The notes under the pieces were generated by a model. It did not search any database and was not told where the DNA came from. It saw nothing but the letters and a program-made list of their open reading frames with translations. Positions 8,621 to 17,829 of a stretch of 64,000 nt of DNA are shown piece by piece. Made by a program: the position numbers and the translations under genes. Source of the DNA: Candidatus Heimdallarchaeum aukensis (GTDB lineage Archaea; Asgardarchaeota; Heimdallarchaeia; Heimdallarchaeales; Heimdallarchaeaceae); contig CP084166.1 in assembly GCA_021513695.1 (NCBI GenBank), positions 768,001 through 832,000 of the forward strand. Direction: 5' to 3'. Each line of letters begins with the position of its first letter. The first letter of the stretch is position 1.

Positions 8621-10060
8621 ATGAATAGTGTTGATGGGGTTAGCCTGGTAATCGGGGACATATGTAAAAGAGACATTCGTTTTTTATTAGAAAAAAGAAA
8701 AAATTCTCTCCTACCTTATAGTCCATATTGCTTTTCAACAGTTTTTGGAGACATTACCGAAGAAGATAAACAATTATTTGAAAAAATAAAGAAAAAATAT
8801 GGGTTAATTACAACAGATATGTTTTATCGATTAGTGGGTTTAAGGATTTTAATTCAAAAGGAACTTATAATTATTCAACAAAGAAAGGAGGAAGAAACAA
8901 ATAATCCTCAAGAACAGATTCATAACATAGATCAATTTCAGTTGTGCCTATTCCTTCATTCAATGCATGAGTGCGGAGAATATTCTTTTTTTTCGGAAAA
9001 GATAAATAAACAGATAGTTATAAAGCAATATTTCTTTACTCCTCCCTATTCTGTAAAGATTAAAAAAAGAAATACAAAGTGGTTTAATTTTAATAAACTA
9101 TCCAAAAAAATAAACAACTTAAATATTCATTTAGACCCTCTTTCAAACCTTTTTTTTGAAATTTTTTATGATAGAAAATTTAATTTATTTGAAACAATTA
9201 AACGCTTAGAGTATAAAGAAGAAAAATCCAAAATCAATCCAAGTTTATGGCTTTTCAAACATAAATCACCTATTGTTCCTCCAGATAATTATATCAACAC
9301 ATTTGTTGTGGGAAATAAATACAAATATATTATTGATCCTGGAGCTGACAGTAAAAAAGAAATGATAAAATCAGGTTTTCTAGACTTTATAGAAAATCAT
9401 GTAACAGAAATTGATGGAATACTACTGTCACATGGTCATTTAGATCATTGTAATCAGATCGATTTCCTTAGGAAAAATTATGGTATCCCTGTTTTTAGTT
9501 CCAAAAATACAGCAAAAAAATTATTAGAAAAAACCAATTTTAAGATTAACGGTTTCTTAAATGATAACCAGCTCATAGACCTCGGGAACTCACCTTTTTC
9601 TAAAAAAAGATGGTATCTAAAAGTAATAAACCTTAATGGTCATACAAAGGGCTCTATTGGTTTCCTTGATATGAATCGTGGTTTCTTATTTAGCGGGGAT
9701 TTTATTTTGGAAGGAAGACAAACCATTGTAGATCCAAATTATGGTTCTTTGGTAGATTTAAGGAGAAATATTAAAAAATTGCTTAAACTAAATATCACTT
9801 TTATTCATCCAGGACATGGAGATATCTTTAAGTTTGACAGAAAATGGGTAAAAACAAATCTTACATTACTAGACAATCAAGAAGAAAAAATAAAAGAGAG
9901 TATAGAATCAGGATATTCTTCAATTGAAGAGATAACTAAACATGTTTTCTCTGATAGTACAGCCCACATAGGAAGATTTCTCACTTTAGCCCACATTCAA
10001 CATCTCGAAGAAAAAAATGTTGTTATAAAAAGAGGAGAGGACTATTTCTTGAATAAGTAA
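8621..10060 (+). CDS. metallo-beta-lactamase-fold hydrolase with an uncharacterised ~230-aa N-terminal region
   Basis: SHGHLDHC (HxHxDH) and later HPGHGD in the C-terminal half. I recognise no motifs in the N-terminal half. Confidence 0.7.
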   Translation: MNSVDGVSLVIGDICKRDIRFLLEKRKNSLLPYSPYCFSTVFGDITEEDKQLFEKIKKKYGLITTDMFYRLVGLRILIQKELIIIQQRKEEETNNPQEQIHNIDQFQLCLFLHSMHECGEYSFFSEKINKQIVIKQYFFTPPYSVKIKKRNTKWFNFNKLSKKINNLNIHLDPLSNLFFEIFYDRKFNLFETIKRLEYKEEKSKINPSLWLFKHKSPIVPPDNYINTFVVGNKYKYIIDPGADSKKEMIKSGFLDFIENHVTEIDGILLSHGHLDHCNQIDFLRKNYGIPVFSSKNTAKKLLEKTNFKINGFLNDNQLIDLGNSPFSKKRWYLKVINLNGHTKGSIGFLDMNRGFLFSGDFILEGRQTIVDPNYGSLVDLRRNIKKLLKLNITFIHPGHGDIFKFDRKWVKTNLTLLDNQEEKIKESIESGYSSIEEITKHVFSDSTAHIGRFLTLAHIQHLEEKNVVIKRGEDYFLNK

Positions 10061-10118
10061 AAGTCTTATTGTTCACATAAGGATTAAGTTTTTAAAATAT
10101 TTTTTTTAACGTAAAAAC

Positions 10119-11561
10119 ATGACAGTTAATGTTCTTGCAGATAAATGTGAAATATCTAAATGTAATAGTGAGTGTGTTGAAGTTTGCCCTCAAAATAAAA
10201 AAGGCATTTCAACCATTATAATAGAACAAAATAAAGCTCAGATATTTCACAAAAACTGTATTGAGTGTCTCTTATGTATCCAATATTGCCCTCTTAAAGC
10301 TATAGAAATTCAGCAATCTAAAGAAAAAAAAGCAAGAAGAAAAGATAAAAAAAAGAGAAAAGCAAAGTTAAATCAGTCTCCTTTTGAAATTGATGAAAAA
10401 ATATATCAGCCAATGAGTGAAAAAAAGACTATTTTTGCTAGAGTTATGTGGGATGAATCATTTAAAGGTTACCAGAGAGGAATTTTTGAAGGAGCAAAAA
10501 ACAAAATTCCTCTAAACTTGGATGGATATTCTGAAATTGAACATGCTGCTATTTCTGGTGCATGGTCTATTGATAGTGTTATTGGTATGTTCGAAAGAGA
10601 ACAGTTAACAAAAATGAACCAAGAATCAAGAGCAGCAGAGAACAGTAGAGAAAAAAAGGAAAAGAAAGATCTACTTAATCCTGAGCAAAGTGTAAAAAGC
10701 AAAAGATTAATGGAAAATAATCCTTCTGAACTAACTACATGGGTAAAAAAAATAGCTATGGTTTATGGAGCAGATCTTGTAGGAATTACACCTATAAACC
10801 TTAAGTGGATATACACTGAAGATAGAAAAGGTGACCCTCTGAACCTTCCTGAAGGATTAACACATGCAATAGTTTTTGCAGTAGAAATGGATATTGATGC
10901 AATTAATACTGCTCCAAAATATCCGAGTGGAATAGCAACAGGTTTAGGCTATTCTAAAATGGCTTTTATTCGTACTCTACTAACATTTTTTATCAGAAGG
11001 ATGGGATATAAAGCTATTCCAGCAGGAAATAATATCGCCCTTTCAGTTCCTCTAGCTGTAGAAGCTGGACTTGGTGGATATGGAAGACATGGATTACTTA
11101 TTACAAAAAAATATGGGCCTAGAGTGAGAATTGCAAAAGTTTTAACTGATATGCCCTTGGTTCCAGATAAACCTGATTATAAATTTATAAAAGCAGTCGA
11201 GCGTTTTTGTAAAACTTGTAAAACCTGTGCTAAAAAATGTCCAAGCAATTCTATTCCTTTTGATAAAGAACCTAGCTTCAAAATACAAAGTGAAGTGAGC
11301 AACAATCCAGGAATAAAGAAATGGTATGTAAATGTTGAAACTTGTTATATGTTTTGGACTGAAAACGGATGTGACTGTAGTAGATGCATTTCTGATTGTG
11401 AATATAATCATGTCTATACACTTCCTCACAAAATTGTTAATTGGATTGTTATGAATCTCCCCTTCCTTAACCCTATTTGGCCTTTTATTGGAAAAATCCT
11501 AGGATATGGAGGAAATAAATCAGCAAAAAAGTATTGGAAGAAAATAAAAGTTTATCCCTAG
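10119..11561 (+). CDS. ferredoxin-domain-fused reductive dehalogenase / epoxyqueuosine reductase (RdhA/QueG) superfamily Fe-S protein
   Basis: The N-terminus has CIECLLCIQYCP plus a second Cys cluster and a Lys-rich linker. The core VEAGLGGYGRHGLLITKKYGPRVRIAKVLTDMPLVPDKP is followed by FCKTCKTCAKKCP and GCDCSRCISDC. There is no Tat signal. Confidence 0.7.
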   Translation: MTVNVLADKCEISKCNSECVEVCPQNKKGISTIIIEQNKAQIFHKNCIECLLCIQYCPLKAIEIQQSKEKKARRKDKKKRKAKLNQSPFEIDEKIYQPMSEKKTIFARVMWDESFKGYQRGIFEGAKNKIPLNLDGYSEIEHAAISGAWSIDSVIGMFEREQLTKMNQESRAAENSREKKEKKDLLNPEQSVKSKRLMENNPSELTTWVKKIAMVYGADLVGITPINLKWIYTEDRKGDPLNLPEGLTHAIVFAVEMDIDAINTAPKYPSGIATGLGYSKMAFIRTLLTFFIRRMGYKAIPAGNNIALSVPLAVEAGLGGYGRHGLLITKKYGPRVRIAKVLTDMPLVPDKPDYKFIKAVERFCKTCKTCAKKCPSNSIPFDKEPSFKIQSEVSNNPGIKKWYVNVETCYMFWTENGCDCSRCISDCEYNHVYTLPHKIVNWIVMNLPFLNPIWPFIGKILGYGGNKSAKKYWKKIKVYP

Positions 11562-11584
11562 TTTCTTGTTTTTCTTTCTTATTT

Positions 11585-12472
11585 TTATTTTTCAAGGAAA
11601 GATTCAAGACTTACTTGTCCTTCATATTTATCGGTCAAAGGGTTAATAGGAGAAAAACCCTTTTTTTCAAACTCTTTAACTAATTGTTTAGCTGTTGGAG
11701 GAGCAAAACCTGTTAAATGATTGTTTACATAAATAAAACATGTATCTTTGGTTTTATTCTTTGAAAAATAATAAGATACAAGTTCAACAATATCTTTGAG
11801 TAAGTTAGTTCTATCAAGAACTATTTTTCCTTCTTCTATGTTAACATCCCAAGACCCTATTAATCTTAAGTAAAAGTAGTTAACTTCGACTTGATCTATT
11901 ATTTTAAATTTAATATACGGAAGAAACGAACTTACAAGCCCAACTTTAAAACTGTTTAAAATTTCAAAGATATCGTTTGAAAACCAATTTTCATCTCTAA
12001 ATTCAATTGCTAATTGAAAATTTTTTAATGGAAATTCTTCAAGAAAAGCTTCAAGTTCTTTTTCAGTTCTTTTCTCTTTCTTAAAACTAGGTGAGAATTG
12101 GAGAACCAAAGGCCCTAAATTTTTCTTTAAAGGTTCCATAGCATCTAGAAATTTATCCAGATAATCTTGTGTTTGAGAAACATTTTCAGCTTGAGAAATT
12201 ACCTTTGGTATTTTTGCTGTAATTATAAAACCTTCTGGCAAACTTTTAGCCCATTTTTGTGTAGTTTCTTTACTTGGAATCGTATAATAAGTTGAATTAA
12301 CCTCTACTGTAGGAAATTTAGTAACATAGTACGAAAGTAGTTTATCTTGAGATATTGAAGGTGGGTAAAATCCTCCTTTTTTAGCCATCCAACTATTATA
12401 GTTAAAACCAGTACATCCTACATAAATTTTCTTTGTTTCCATTATTTTCACTAATAATTTACACTTTTCCAT
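11585..12472 (-). CDS. DUF72 (UPF0759) family protein
   Basis: YVGCTGFNYNSWMAKKGGFYPP and FPTVEVNSTYY match the DUF72 N-terminal signature. Confidence 0.8.
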   Translation of the reverse strand: MEKCKLLVKIMETKKIYVGCTGFNYNSWMAKKGGFYPPSISQDKLLSYYVTKFPTVEVNSTYYTIPSKETTQKWAKSLPEGFIITAKIPKVISQAENVSQTQDYLDKFLDAMEPLKKNLGPLVLQFSPSFKKEKRTEKELEAFLEEFPLKNFQLAIEFRDENWFSNDIFEILNSFKVGLVSSFLPYIKFKIIDQVEVNYFYLRLIGSWDVNIEEGKIVLDRTNLLKDIVELVSYYFSKNKTKDTCFIYVNNHLTGFAPPTAKQLVKEFEKKGFSPINPLTDKYEGQVSLESFLEK

Positions 12473-12609
12473 TAAAATACCTTTGTGAAGAATTTCAAAA
12501 TAAAAGGTTTTTAAAAATAATGAAGAACTTTTACTAGAGTTTTTCTAATTAATTTTTGTAACATATTGCGGACAAAACTACCAATATTGATTTAAAAAGA
12601 GAAACATAT

Positions 12610-12666
12610 TATAAATTGCCCTAGTACCCCAAGTAAAAACTAGGAAATAGGGGGTTTATGGTTTTC
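12610..12666. other. two adjacent G/C-containing hairpins in an AT-rich divergent intergenic region
   Basis: H1 is CCTAGT (12610-12615) paired with ACTAGG (12629-12634). H2 is AATAGGGGG (12636-12644) paired with CCCCCTATT (12658-12666). Both loops are 13 nt. Confidence 0.5.
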
Positions 12667-12808
12667 TCCCCCTATTCATCTTCTTCTTTAGTGGATTAAA
12701 TATTAATGACAATTTGTTTTTCATTAAATATAAGAATTCTCAGAGTATATACAAAAAAATTGATATAGAAAAGACCTTATCTTTGGTAGAATATTAGGAG
12801 GAATTGTT

Positions 12809-14122
12809 TTGACAGCACTAGATATTTTAAAAAAGCACATGCTAGTAGATGGTTATCCAATTGTTTTAGATTTACAAAAGAGTGAAGGGTGTTATATTTA
12901 TGACAAAATTACAGGAAAGAGATATCTCGACTTCTTCTCCTTCTTTGCTTCTGCACCTTTAGGAATGAATCATCCTAAACTTACTACTAAAGAATTTAAA
13001 GATAAATTGGCTTATGTAGCAGTTAATAAACCAAGTAATAGTGATTTTTATACTGATGAGCTTGCAGAATTTGTAGATACTTTAGAAAAAATAGGTATGC
13101 CAAGCTTTTTACCTAATCTCTTTTTAATTAGTGGAGGAGCTCTTGCTGTTGAGAATGCACTTAAAACAGCTTTTGATTGGAAAGTAAGAAAGAACTTTTC
13201 TAAGGGAATCAAAGAAGAGAAAGGACATCAAATTGTTCATTTTAAAGAAGCATTTCATGGAAGATCAGGATATACTCTCTCTTTAACTAACACTTTTGAT
13301 CCAAGAAAATATATTTATTTCCCAAAATTCGATTGGCCAAGAGTTTCAAATCCCAAAATAAAATTTCCATTAGAAAAACACATTGATGAAGTCAAGAAAG
13401 CAGAAGAGCAAAGCCTTAATGAAATAAGAGAGGCCATAGCTTCAAACAAAGATGATATCGCAGGAATAATAATCGAACCAATTCAAGCTGAAGGTGGAGA
13501 CAATCATTTTAGACCAGAATTTTTCCATGAATTACGAAAAATAGCTGATGAAGAAGATATAATCTTGATTTATGATGAAGTACAAACAGGAGTAGGTTTA
13601 ACTGGAAAGTTCTGGGCTTTTGAGCATTTCGGAGAAAAAGGAAAACCAGATATCATTAGTTTTGGTAAGAAAATGCAAGTTTGTGGAATAATGGCTTCTG
13701 ACAGAATAAAAGAAGTAGAAAAGAACGTTTTTGAGGAATCAAGCAGAATTAACAGCACTTGGGGTGGAAACTTAGTTGATATCGTCAGAGCAACTAAATA
13801 CTTAGAGGTTATAAAAGAAGATAAACTTGTTGAAAATGCTTCTAAACAAGGAGAATACATATTGAAATTACTACACGAGATTCAAGACAAGTATCCTGAC
13901 AAAATAAACAATGTTAGAGGAAAAGGTCTAATGATAGCTTTTGACCTACCAAATAGCGAAATTAGAGACAAACTTAAGAACATAGCATTTGATAAAGATT
14001 TGATAATTCTTCCATGTGGAGCTAAATCTATTCGCTTCAGACCACCTTTAATCATTGAACAGGAAATTATTGATAAAGCATTTTCTATTCTAGAAGAATC
14101 AATAAAAGAAGTACAAATATAA
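12809..14122 (+). CDS. lat: L-lysine 6-transaminase (class III aminotransferase)
   Basis: HMLVDGYPIVLDLQKSEG, YLDFFSFFASAPLGMNHP and DIISFGKKMQVCGIMA (PLP lysine) fit lysine epsilon-aminotransferase. Confidence 0.75.
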   Translation: MTALDILKKHMLVDGYPIVLDLQKSEGCYIYDKITGKRYLDFFSFFASAPLGMNHPKLTTKEFKDKLAYVAVNKPSNSDFYTDELAEFVDTLEKIGMPSFLPNLFLISGGALAVENALKTAFDWKVRKNFSKGIKEEKGHQIVHFKEAFHGRSGYTLSLTNTFDPRKYIYFPKFDWPRVSNPKIKFPLEKHIDEVKKAEEQSLNEIREAIASNKDDIAGIIIEPIQAEGGDNHFRPEFFHELRKIADEEDIILIYDEVQTGVGLTGKFWAFEHFGEKGKPDIISFGKKMQVCGIMASDRIKEVEKNVFEESSRINSTWGGNLVDIVRATKYLEVIKEDKLVENASKQGEYILKLLHEIQDKYPDKINNVRGKGLMIAFDLPNSEIRDKLKNIAFDKDLIILPCGAKSIRFRPPLIIEQEIIDKAFSILEESIKEVQI

Positions 14123-14332
14123 TTAGTTCTTTAATTTCTTCCATTTTTTCTCTATTTTAGCTAAAAATAGCTCTAAATCCTTTTTAACCTATTTTTTTAG
14201 TAAGTTTTTATAATACATGTATTTGATTTTTCGTATATTTGTTAAATCAGTTAACTATGTAGCTAAGTATTTTGCGGTAGTGTTAAAAAGGGTGAGAGGA
14301 AAACAGCTTATCAAAAAAAAAGGTAGAAATAA

Positions 14333-15229
14333 ATGCCATTAGTAGAATGTGTTCCTAATTTTTCGGAAGGAAGAAGAAAGGAAGTTGTAGACAAAATTGT
14401 AGAAGAGATTCAAAAAGGTGGAAAAGTTACTTTGCTTGATTCAAGAATGGATCCTGACCATAATCGTGCAGTAGTAACTTTCATTGGAGAACCACAGGAA
14501 TGTTTTAAAGCAGCATTTGCAGGATGTAAAAAAGCTGCAGAGCTCATAGACATGGACCAACATACTGGAGAGCATAACCGATTTGGTGCCACAGACGTAA
14601 TTCCATTTATTCCTATAAGTGACATCACTATCGAGGAATGCGCAGAACTTGCAGATAAGCTTGCTAAGAAAATTGGTGAGGAATTAAATATTCCTACTTA
14701 TCTCTATGGTGCAGCAGCCAAAAGACCAGAGCGTGAAGTTCTTCAGAAGTATAGAACAAAATCATTCCAATATGAACAACTAAAAGAAGAGATAGCTACT
14801 AATCCTCTTTACGAACCAGATTATGGTCCTAAAGAAGTTCCAAAGGCAGGAGCTACAAATGTTGGTGCAAGAGAGTTTTTGATAGCTTACAACGTCTATC
14901 TTGATACTAATGACTACGAAATTGCAGCAAAGATTTCAAGAGCAATACGTTTCAGTGGAGGAGGATTAAGGTACATTCAAGCTGGTCCTATGGAAATAAA
15001 AGAGAGAAATTGTGTTCAGGTTAGTATGAATATTACAAACTACAAAGGAACGCCTATTCATAGAGTTTTAGAAATGATTAAGCGAGAAGCTGCACAATAT
15101 GGAGTAAATGTTACTGAGACTGAAGTTTATGGAATGATTCCATTAGATGCTTTGCTTGATGCAGCAATTCATTATCTTCAATTACACAACTTTGATAAGC
15201 AACAAATAATTGAAAAAAGAATAGAATAA
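14333..15229 (+). CDS. glutamate formimidoyltransferase
   Basis: The N-terminal LVECVPNFSEGRR is the hallmark of the formiminotransferase domain of FTCD. Confidence 0.9.
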   Translation: MPLVECVPNFSEGRRKEVVDKIVEEIQKGGKVTLLDSRMDPDHNRAVVTFIGEPQECFKAAFAGCKKAAELIDMDQHTGEHNRFGATDVIPFIPISDITIEECAELADKLAKKIGEELNIPTYLYGAAAKRPEREVLQKYRTKSFQYEQLKEEIATNPLYEPDYGPKEVPKAGATNVGAREFLIAYNVYLDTNDYEIAAKISRAIRFSGGGLRYIQAGPMEIKERNCVQVSMNITNYKGTPIHRVLEMIKREAAQYGVNVTETEVYGMIPLDALLDAAIHYLQLHNFDKQQIIEKRIE

Positions 15230-15230
15230 G

Positions 15231-15881
15231 GTGAAAAAAATGGGAGAAGAATTACTAATTAATAAAAAAATAGTAGATTTCTTAGATGAACTTGCTTCAG
15301 ATAGCCCTGCTCCTGGAGGAGGTTCTGCGGCTTGTATAGCTGGAGCAATGGGTGCGTCTCTTGGTTCAATGGTTGCCAGACTAACCATTGGTAAGAAGGG
15401 ATATGAAGAAGTAGAAGAGTTTTTCAAAGAGAAACTAGAAAAAACAGAAGAACTAAGAAAAGATTTAACCAATCTAGTTGATAAAGACGCCAACGCTTTT
15501 TCAGGAGTTATAGAAGCTTTTAAGATGCCTAAAGAAACTGAAGAACAAAAAGCTGCTCGTTCTGCAAAAATTCTAGAAGAGTATAAAAAAGCAGCTGAAG
15601 TTCCAATGCTAACTTGTAAAAAATGCCGAGAAGTCATAGATTTATTGGCGGAAATGGGTACTAAAGGAAATAAAAACGCTCTTTCTGACATTGCAGTAGG
15701 AGCTCTATGTGCATTAACTGGTCTACGTTCTGCAGCTCATAATGTAGAAATAAATCTCGGATACATAAAAACTAAAGATGCAGAATATGCAGACAAGATG
15801 TACAAAGAGCTAGAAGAACTTCTAGAAGGAATAGAAGAAAAAGTTAACAAACTTGATGAAGACGTAAGAGCAACATTCTAG
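15231..15881 (+). CDS. formimidoyltetrahydrofolate cyclodeaminase / methenyl-THF cyclohydrolase (FTCD C-domain family)
   Basis: LASDSPAPGGGSAACIAGAMGASLGSMVARLTIGKK. Starts 1 nt after the transferase stop. Confidence 0.85.
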   Translation: MKKMGEELLINKKIVDFLDELASDSPAPGGGSAACIAGAMGASLGSMVARLTIGKKGYEEVEEFFKEKLEKTEELRKDLTNLVDKDANAFSGVIEAFKMPKETEEQKAARSAKILEEYKKAAEVPMLTCKKCREVIDLLAEMGTKGNKNALSDIAVGALCALTGLRSAAHNVEINLGYIKTKDAEYADKMYKELEELLEGIEEKVNKLDEDVRATF

Positions 15882-15886
15882 TTTTC

Positions 15887-15895
15887 TTTTTTTTT
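15887..15895 (+). terminator. oligo-T tract (T9) after the cyclodeaminase gene
   Basis: T-run beginning 6 nt after the stop at 15881. Confidence 0.4.
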
Positions 15896-15923
15896 AAAAA
15901 TTTATTTTTAATTAAGAAAAAAT

Positions 15924-16514
15924 ATGTTTTTAAGTACATCTTTTTCTCTTTTTTTAATGAATAAATCTCTTAATTACGAGGCAATAAAATTAGAGCTGAT
16001 TCCTTTAGATGCACCTATCAAAAAAATTCCAGAACTTAAACTTGGTACTGTACTTATTCCTATCTTTCCCTCTAGCAACCAAATAATGTTTACAAAAAGA
16101 TCCAATAAAATGAAAAATCATCCAGGGCAGATATCTTTTCCTGGGGGAGCAGTAGAAGAAGGAGAGACAATCGTAGAAGCTTGTCTACGAGAAACAAATG
16201 AGGAAGTAGGAATTAATAATGAAAAGATCCAACTTTTAGGTCGTCTACCTCCTCTAGCAACAAGTAGTAATTTTTTTGTTTATCCAATTGTTGGTTTAGT
16301 TGAAAGCGATGTAAAGATTTCTGTTAATCCAGATGAAGTAGAAAAAGTTTTTTTTGTTCAAATTGAGGAACTACTAAACGATAATAACAAAGTAGTAGAA
16401 AAAGAATCGGATTCCTCTAAAACTTATTATTTAGCTGGAAACTACACTATTTGGGGAGTGACCGCTCAGATACTTGAGGAGTTATTCTCAACAATAAATA
16501 AAATAGAAAATTAG
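15924..16514 (+). CDS. Nudix hydrolase, CoA pyrophosphatase-like
   Basis: Nudix box GGAVEEGETIVEACLRETNEEVGI, preceded by KRSNKMKNHPGQISFPGG (CoAse-type motif). Confidence 0.8.
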   Translation: MFLSTSFSLFLMNKSLNYEAIKLELIPLDAPIKKIPELKLGTVLIPIFPSSNQIMFTKRSNKMKNHPGQISFPGGAVEEGETIVEACLRETNEEVGINNEKIQLLGRLPPLATSSNFFVYPIVGLVESDVKISVNPDEVEKVFFVQIEELLNDNNKVVEKESDSSKTYYLAGNYTIWGVTAQILEELFSTINKIEN

Positions 16515-17672
16515 TTAATTATTTCTAATTTTTAATTCTCTAACTGTTGTCTTAAAGCAAACATTTCTCTTTTCTAGTTCATTTATTAAAATCTCAAATA
16601 CTTCGTGATTCTCGCCTATTAGTTCTGGGGGTACAAGTGTTTTAGGAGCATACTTTCCTTTGACTACTAAGTTTGCAATAATAGAGCATGTAAAACCTGT
16701 AGTTCTGGCCATAGAAATCATTTGCTCTTGTTTGTCATATTTATCTAGTAAGTAGTACCTGTGTTGGACTATTTTATTTTCATGTTTACCTTCTACTTCA
16801 ATCTCCATAATAGTATAATCTTCTTCTCCAGGGCTTAGTTTCCATTCTTTAAAAAGCAGTTTAGTTGTTAGATCAATAGGTTTTATTTTTACCCCCTTGA
16901 TTTCAATATCTTCTTTTCCAAAAAAGCCAGTTTCTCGAAGTATCTTCATCTTTTCAATATGTCCTGGATATCTCAAAGTCTTTTCTTTTAGATTTGGAAT
17001 GTGAGGCATTGTCTTTAGGAGTGTTCTCAAGCCATCAGTATTGAAAGCTTCTAGTGTGCCTATTCCTTCAAATTCCAACAATTCTGGATCAGATAAGGCT
17101 GGTTTTACAACTACTTTTCCATTTTCTACAAAACGTGCGGGACGAGTATATTCTTCTATAACATCGATTGGCGAAAAAGGTGCTTTATATTCATATGGCC
17201 AAGTTCGTATAACGGGAAGACCACCTACATAACAAAGAAAAGATTCTACTTTCTCCATTATATTATTAACATACCCTAAAATTATATTACTTAATCCTGG
17301 AGCAACTCCGCAATCTATAACTGCTGTTACTCCTTTTTCTTTTGCTAATTCAGATAAAGAAAATGGGTCTTCATCAAAGAATGATATATCTACAATATCT
17401 TTTCCTTCTTCAATTACAGTTTTAAGTGTTTGATAACCCATGAAACCAGGAACTGCTCCAACCACCAAATCAAAATCAGCTATAATTTTCTTTAAATTTT
17501 CAGTGTTTGATAAATCAGCCTTAATACCTTGTATATTGAAATTGCTTTTTAGAAAATCCAAAGCTTTTTGATTAATATCTGCTACAGTAACTTCAATTTC
17601 AGGATCTTTTGCTAAATCTCTTGCAATTACGTTTCCTACTAAACCTGCGCCTAATACAACTATTTTTTTCAT
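16515..17672 (-). CDS. saccharopine dehydrogenase-family NAD(P) oxidoreductase
   Basis: MKKIVVLGAGLVGNVIARDL Rossmann N-terminus. Length and C-terminal region are consistent with the saccharopine DH / carboxynorspermidine DH family. Confidence 0.65.
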   Translation of the reverse strand: MKKIVVLGAGLVGNVIARDLAKDPEIEVTVADINQKALDFLKSNFNIQGIKADLSNTENLKKIIADFDLVVGAVPGFMGYQTLKTVIEEGKDIVDISFFDEDPFSLSELAKEKGVTAVIDCGVAPGLSNIILGYVNNIMEKVESFLCYVGGLPVIRTWPYEYKAPFSPIDVIEEYTRPARFVENGKVVVKPALSDPELLEFEGIGTLEAFNTDGLRTLLKTMPHIPNLKEKTLRYPGHIEKMKILRETGFFGKEDIEIKGVKIKPIDLTTKLLFKEWKLSPGEEDYTIMEIEVEGKHENKIVQHRYYLLDKYDKQEQMISMARTTGFTCSIIANLVVKGKYAPKTLVPPELIGENHEVFEILINELEKRNVCFKTTVRELKIRNN

Positions 17673-17829
17673 TTTAGCACCTATTTGCTATTATGCAATT
17701 ATCTTTTTAACTTTAACCTTAAAATTCGAAATAGTTCTAAAAAGTGTTCTAGAAGAAAAAAGAGAATAAAGAAGAACTTCATTACAAGAAGAATATTCAA
17801 TCTTTGGATTCTTCAGATTTTGCTTCTTC

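Noticed and set aside
12500-12808. Lysine riboswitch upstream of the lysine transaminase
   Set aside because: The hairpins are far smaller than the L-box, and none of its conserved core sequences are visible. They are reported only as unexplained hairpins.
15182-15691. Minus-strand 169-aa ORF
   Set aside because: It is antisense to the cyclodeaminase gene (PAPGGGSAA motif on the plus strand). The product is Ser/Leu-rich with no motifs.
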